NCBI GenBank assembly: GCA_016432625.1
Contig: CP066697.1
Location: forward strand, 151,113 to 215,112
Direction of reading: 5' to 3'
Length of the DNA stretch: 64,000 nt
Source of the DNA: Candidatus Berkelbacteria bacterium
GTDB taxonomy: Bacteria > Patescibacteriota > UBA1384 > 2-12-FULL-50-11
Shown: positions 59,931-64,000 of the stretch, piece after piece
How the letters are laid out: each line of letters starts with the position of its first letter
How positions within the stretch are numbered: the first letter of the stretch is position 1
The notes under the pieces: generated by a model
The model's input: only the letters and a program-made list of their open reading frames with translations
Databases searched by the model: none
Told to the model about the DNA's origin: nothing
Made by a program: the position numbers and the translations under genes

Positions 59931-60100
59931 TATTGGCTCTAAATGTCTGGAAAGTTTTTTTAGTCGAAGTTGTAGCGAATGAAATGTATCAGCAAGGATA
60001 CGAATCTGCCTCCTTTTGGTGAGACGAGACCCAGTTTACCGGTTATGACTTTTCTGTCAACCCCCAGCTAAGCTTCGCTATTAGAGGAATATACAAATGC

Positions 60101-60481
60101 CTAACGCCAGAAGTCCAGATAGAGGCCGAGCAACAAGGCGACAAACGATGAGGCGAAAATCACGACGGAATTCCACTTCTCTTTGGTGGAGCGCAGGGTG
60201 CCGAAGATATAACGCAAACTACCCTTATCCGTTTCTGTTAGGTCTAGGCTTTCGATCTTTTTCTCTAAGTCATTCTCGACAATCAAGCGCGCACGGGTTT
60301 GAGAAATCTGGTAGCGGTGCAAGAAGTAGATAATAAAGCCGATCGTACCGATGTACCAGGTTAGTTGGACTAACTCTCGGTCGCTGATGATAACAATCGA
60401 ACGATAGGCGAGTGTGGCGACGATCCCGCAAAGAAAAAATAAATAACGGACAAAATTAGAGTGAGGCTTGGGGGCTTCCAT
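60101..60481 (-). CDS. Four-helix membrane protein, function unknown
   Basis: 126-aa hydrophobic ORF with ATG start. Confidence 0.5.
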   Translation of the reverse strand: MEAPKPHSNFVRYLFFLCGIVATLAYRSIVIISDRELVQLTWYIGTIGFIIYFLHRYQISQTRARLIVENDLEKKIESLDLTETDKGSLRYIFGTLRSTKEKWNSVVIFASSFVALLLGLYLDFWR

Positions 60482-60565
60482 ATATCTAATTTAGACATAA
60501 ATTATCGGTTGGCCTAGTCTTGTGTTGTTTAGCCGCCGTTGGCCGCCTGAGCAGTATGATAGCGA

Positions 60566-61087
60566 TCAGGCATTCTGACGACAGAGCTTGATAGCTTCGG
60601 TTATCTCTTCCTCGATCCCTTCAATGCACTGGTAATCCAGGATCTCCTTATCGTTAACCCAAGCATAATCGGAAAAAGCACCCTTCTCTGGCCGGACTTT
60701 GCCGGACTTATATTCAGCGATGAAAACCGCAAACATGACGGGAATTTCATCAGGTCGGACAAACATCAAACTCTTTAGATAAGTCATCTTGTCTTTAATC
60801 TGAATCCCGGCCTCTTCGAGAACCTCTCGCTGCAGGAGTTTTTCGATCGGTCGATGAAAATTTGCTACTTCATCATTCAAGGTTCGGTCTGGATGGGTAA
60901 TGTCGAAGTCCTGGTGCTCGAGTTTGCCGCCGATCATCCCCCAAAGGCCGGGAAAAACTTTCTCTGTTTCAGCTCGTTTCAAAATTAAAACCCGCGCATC
61001 TTTGGCGCGGTAGACGACGACGTTGGCGACAAAATAGAACAGCTTCTCAGGTTTAGCGTTGTCGGTGGATATTCTTGAGGGCAGCAT
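60566..61087 (-). CDS. NUDIX hydrolase
   Basis: Nudix box GGKLEHQD...REVLEEAGI. Confidence 0.8.
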   Translation of the reverse strand: MLPSRISTDNAKPEKLFYFVANVVVYRAKDARVLILKRAETEKVFPGLWGMIGGKLEHQDFDITHPDRTLNDEVANFHRPIEKLLQREVLEEAGIQIKDKMTYLKSLMFVRPDEIPVMFAVFIAEYKSGKVRPEKGAFSDYAWVNDKEILDYQCIEGIEEEITEAIKLCRQNA

Positions 61088-61181
61088 GAGTCAATTAATA
61101 ACCTAATTTTTTCCAGGCTACTAGCGTTGAAAACGGTCGAGATTAGCTTTACTATATACCAACCACAACCTGTGGTTTGAG

Positions 61182-61502
61182 GTGAATCTCATGCGATTTG
61201 GTAAAAAGAAGGCGCAGAATCAAGCGCCGGCCGATCCGAACCTTCCAAGTTCAGCCGATGATCCGGGCGCAACACCAGTTGCATCCAAAAGGAGCATCAG
61301 GCTGCCAAGCGTCAGACTTCCCGGTATCTACCCGACAGTCGTCGCCCTCGGCGTTGTTATCATCACGCTGACCGTCGGCGTATGCGTAGCGATAGCCACG
61401 GGAAACTCTCAGCTGGTGACGCCGCTACTCGCTCTCGACGGCGGACTCGCTGTTCTGGCGATGATCTGCTGCGTGGTCGGTGCCGCTAACGGTGCGACGT
61501 AG
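61182..61502 (+). CDS. Small membrane protein (start may be the ATG at 61191)
   Basis: 106-aa ORF with two hydrophobic helices. Confidence 0.4.
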   Translation: MNLMRFGKKKAQNQAPADPNLPSSADDPGATPVASKRSIRLPSVRLPGIYPTVVALGVVIITLTVGVCVAIATGNSQLVTPLLALDGGLAVLAMICCVVGAANGAT

Positions 61503-61601
61503 GCTGGGCTCTAGAGACCCGGCCAATCTCTTTAGGCTGCCGCTCCCACGGCAGCCTAAAAAATATTTGCAAATACCGCCAAACCAGTTACATTAGCCTT
61601 A

Positions 61602-62024
61602 ATGACTCCTCGCCAAGTGTTGTATGCTAAAGCGGCCTTCGTAATATCCTTAGTGGCGACAATAGGCAGCTTATATTTCAGTAATGTCGCGCTCTACGCG
61701 CCGTGTGACCTTTGTTGGTACCAACGAATCGCCATCTACCCATTGTTAGCGATCGTTGGAGTTGGCCTAATAAGACATGATAACAATTTACATTTTTACG
61801 CTCTGCCGCTGCTAATGTTTGGCTTAATCGTGTCTGTCTATCAGAATTTACTCTATTACGGCATCGTCGCTGAGAGTACGGCAGTTTGCGGCTTGGGCGT
61901 ATCGTGCGCCGCTAAATACATTGAATGGCTCGGTTTTATAACAATCCCCCTGCTATCACTTATCGGATTGATTACTCTAACGGTGTTAATGTTTGCTTTC
62001 AAAAAAGAAGGAGCGACTAAATGA
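61602..62024 (+). CDS. Disulfide bond formation protein DsbB/BdbC family
   Basis: CDLCWYQRIAIYPL motif and a second Cys pair, VCGLGVSCA. Four TM helices. Confidence 0.8.
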   Translation: MTPRQVLYAKAAFVISLVATIGSLYFSNVALYAPCDLCWYQRIAIYPLLAIVGVGLIRHDNNLHFYALPLLMFGLIVSVYQNLLYYGIVAESTAVCGLGVSCAAKYIEWLGFITIPLLSLIGLITLTVLMFAFKKEGATK

Positions 62025-62677
62025 GTTCTGATATGAAGTTTGTCGGTGCGATTGTAGTAGTTGCAGTTCTAGCGATCGTCGGATTTGTTATTTTTGGCAA
62101 AAACGCTAAAACCAGCGATCCCGCGGCACAGGTTGAGGCGGCCGCCTTGACTGACGCTGGCCAGCAAGTCCGTCCTGATTCATACAAAAAAGGTATCGAA
62201 AACGGCAAGGTGATCGTAGTTGAGTGGGGAGATTATCAGTGCCCAGCCTGCCAAGCGGCAGATACCGAAGTAACGCAGATAGTTAGCGATTTTGCCGACC
62301 GCATTACATTTGTTTTCCGCCATTTCCCGTTGCCTAACCATAAATTCTCACAACTTACGGCGACTGCCGTTGAGGCAGCAGGGGCGCAAGGTAAATATTG
62401 GGAGATGCACGCCAAGCTTTATGGTAATCAAGAGGAATGGAGCACGGCTTCTACCTCAAAAGCGGTCGAACTTTTTGTCGGTTACGCTAAGGATCTTGGA
62501 ATCGACACCGAAAAGTTCCGCGCTGACTTGGTGGGACGTGTCTACAACGACAAGATCGCTCGGGATCTCGCGGACGCCGCGGCGATCGGTGTCAGTAAAA
62601 CCCCAACCTTCTTCGTTAATAGCGTCGAAGTTGGCCTGGATGGTTTGCGAACAGCAATTGAAGAGGGGTTAAAGTAA
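62021..62677 (+). CDS. Membrane-anchored DsbA/BdbD-like thiol:disulfide oxidoreductase
   Basis: Thioredoxin-fold CPAC active site (YQCPACQ). 4-nt overlap with the dsbB-like gene. Confidence 0.8.
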   Translation: MSSDMKFVGAIVVVAVLAIVGFVIFGKNAKTSDPAAQVEAAALTDAGQQVRPDSYKKGIENGKVIVVEWGDYQCPACQAADTEVTQIVSDFADRITFVFRHFPLPNHKFSQLTATAVEAAGAQGKYWEMHAKLYGNQEEWSTASTSKAVELFVGYAKDLGIDTEKFRADLVGRVYNDKIARDLADAAAIGVSKTPTFFVNSVEVGLDGLRTAIEEGLK

Positions 62678-63454
62678 CGATCCCAACCAGCCCGAGAACA
62701 CTTGCCTAAACTCGTTGAGGTGTTTCTTTTCGTGCGGTGTGTGGCGCATGCCGTTAATAACGTGAAGCTCTTTTTTGCCTGGCAGTTTTCCGACCAGAAT
62801 TTCTTGGTGTTCTAATGGGCAGGATTCGTCGTTACTACCGACAATAATAAGGAGTGGCATGGTGATTTTATTGGCGGAAGGCAAAACGTCGTATCTTAAG
62901 CGATCGGCCATGTGCGACCATTTGAGTTTCTTTGTAACTCCAGGCTTGGAGGTGCTTGGTTGAATCTGCCAACCGGTTCCTTGCCAAACTTTCATGCTTT
63001 CAGGATCCTTTTTGAGTAGGTAATCGTATGAAAGTTGGCCGGAAACTAATGGGGCCATCGGTGCTAAGGCCAACACATTTTCCGGATGGTCTTCGGCATA
63101 GAGTATGGAGCACATCCCGCCCAAACTATGGCCGGCTAGGATAAATGGCTGCTGATACCAGTCTTGGGTTGCAGCCCAGGTTATTACATCGTCATAATCC
63201 TCTTTGTAGTTGGTAACGGTAGCGTCTTCATAATTTCCGTCTGATTCGCCGAAACTATTTGTAGCGTCAAATCTCACCGTCGAATAGCCGTGCCGAAGCA
63301 ACTCTTCGGCAAGAACTTGGATATGCGGCTGTTCTTTAAATCCGCCCAGGCCATGCATGACGAACGCCAAGCCCTTTTGTGGCTGAGCTAGCTCAACCAG
63401 GACGGTAATCTTCTGTTCATGCCGATTGATGATGGATGCCTTCATCCCGCCCAT
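62669..63454 (-). CDS. Alpha/beta hydrolase
   Basis: Nucleophile elbow GHSLGG and a C-terminal H in GMRHTPH. Confidence 0.75.
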   Translation of the reverse strand: MGGMKASIINRHEQKITVLVELAQPQKGLAFVMHGLGGFKEQPHIQVLAEELLRHGYSTVRFDATNSFGESDGNYEDATVTNYKEDYDDVITWAATQDWYQQPFILAGHSLGGMCSILYAEDHPENVLALAPMAPLVSGQLSYDYLLKKDPESMKVWQGTGWQIQPSTSKPGVTKKLKWSHMADRLRYDVLPSANKITMPLLIIVGSNDESCPLEHQEILVGKLPGKKELHVINGMRHTPHEKKHLNEFRQVFSGWLGSLL

Positions 63455-63781
63455 CTTAGATCTGAGAGTTAGATCTGTCGACCCTTGTTACTGGGGGGAT
63501 TAGGAGTATGGTGAGACAGGTTATTGGTGTCAATTTTCGGATATCGGGAATTGAATCCTCACAAGAGGTCGCCCGAGAGGGCGACTTTTTGTAAGCAGCA
63601 TAATTCGGGTACTAAAGATGGACTTTTGGGAAGCTTCGTGCTACGATTGCATAACTTTATGTGATTCCTGGCCACAATTCAGGACTAAGTAAAGCAAATA
63701 TTGCTTTCGGATTGTTGCCCCACAAATAATAGGCGGCACTACTGTCTGGGAGCCCAAACAGTAGAAAGGCTGTAATTATAA

Positions 63782-64000
63782 ATGAATAGTCATATTAAAA
63801 ACCGCAGTCGCGGTTTCAATCGCTTGCGAAGTTTCGGTGGTCGTACGCGACCTGCGAAAACTTCTCGAGTCAACTCGTCAATGTACATCAACAAGGCTGT
63901 TGATGTACCGGACCAAGTAAATGAACCAATCGTCCATCGCTTTGAGGACTTCCAGTTAGCGGAACGGATCGTTGAACGCGTTAAAGCACGCGGTTTCACG
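63782..64000 (+). CDS. DEAD-box RNA helicase, N-terminal 73 codons (runs off window edge)
   Basis: The ATG at 63782 gives a basic N-terminal tail, then FEDFQLAERIVERVKARGFT, the Q-motif region of DEAD-box helicases. Confidence 0.7.
   Translation, partial: MNSHIKNRSRGFNRLRSFGGRTRPAKTSRVNSSMYINKAVDVPDQVNEPIVHRFEDFQLAERIVERVKARGFT

Noticed and set aside
61530-61575. 10-bp hairpin TAGGCTGCCG...CGGCAGCCTA after the 106-aa ORF as a terminator
   Set aside because: No T-run follows on either strand (an A-run follows on the plus strand), so it was not called as a rho-independent terminator. It may still be structural.

Overview
Gene-dense bacterial chromosomal window, roughly 50% GC by eye, with lower-GC and higher-GC patches. 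The gene content suggests a reduced-genome organism, possibly CPR/Patescibacteria-like (inference only): short AlaRS, split ComEC, truncated DnaJ, many orphan membrane or secreted proteins, and no biosynthetic operons. Recognisable content: division and repair genes (ftsA, ruvX fragment, yebC-ruvC, recG, comM/yifB); DNA uptake (comEC in two ORFs, comEA, a type IV pilin-like gene); chaperones (grpE, dnaK, dnaJ-like, an HTH-Hsp20 fusion); two ABC systems; two carbohydrate clusters (GT4 / alpha-alpha-like / oxidoreductase / GH94, and GH130 / GT2); redox genes (trxB, dsbB/dsbA-like); 9 tRNAs; and a tmRNA. No rRNA, CRISPR array, integrase or transposase was seen. Main hunt results follow. (1) An XRE-type HTH is fused to a complete small heat-shock protein. 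An 18-bp palindrome, TGTAAAG-N4-CTTTACA, sits at the same promoter position (overlapping the -10 box) upstream of that gene, of dnaK, and with one mismatch of the dnaJ-like gene. This is a candidate single-polypeptide heat-shock repressor and regulon, and no CIRCE element was seen. (2) A family of structured short repeats is attached to duplicated tRNA termini (Lys x2, Glu, Leu-TAG, Arg). It includes a 40-nt core that is 35/40 identical between the Lys and Glu loci, next to a hairpin with compensatory changes. (3) Three secreted six-cysteine paralogues lie in tandem, each ending in G-D-x-R-C-D. (4) The grpE-dnaK-dnaJ cluster is broken by a GC-rich two-gene insertion and by an AT-rich islet that holds a TM+TPR-like protein and a frameshifted partner. 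(5) Several start-codon or frame anomalies are described: a dnaK uORF that mimics the DnaK N-terminus, the GH94 5' end, and the LysM-CHAP 5' end. All coordinates were derived by hand from the printed sequence. No database search or structure prediction was run.
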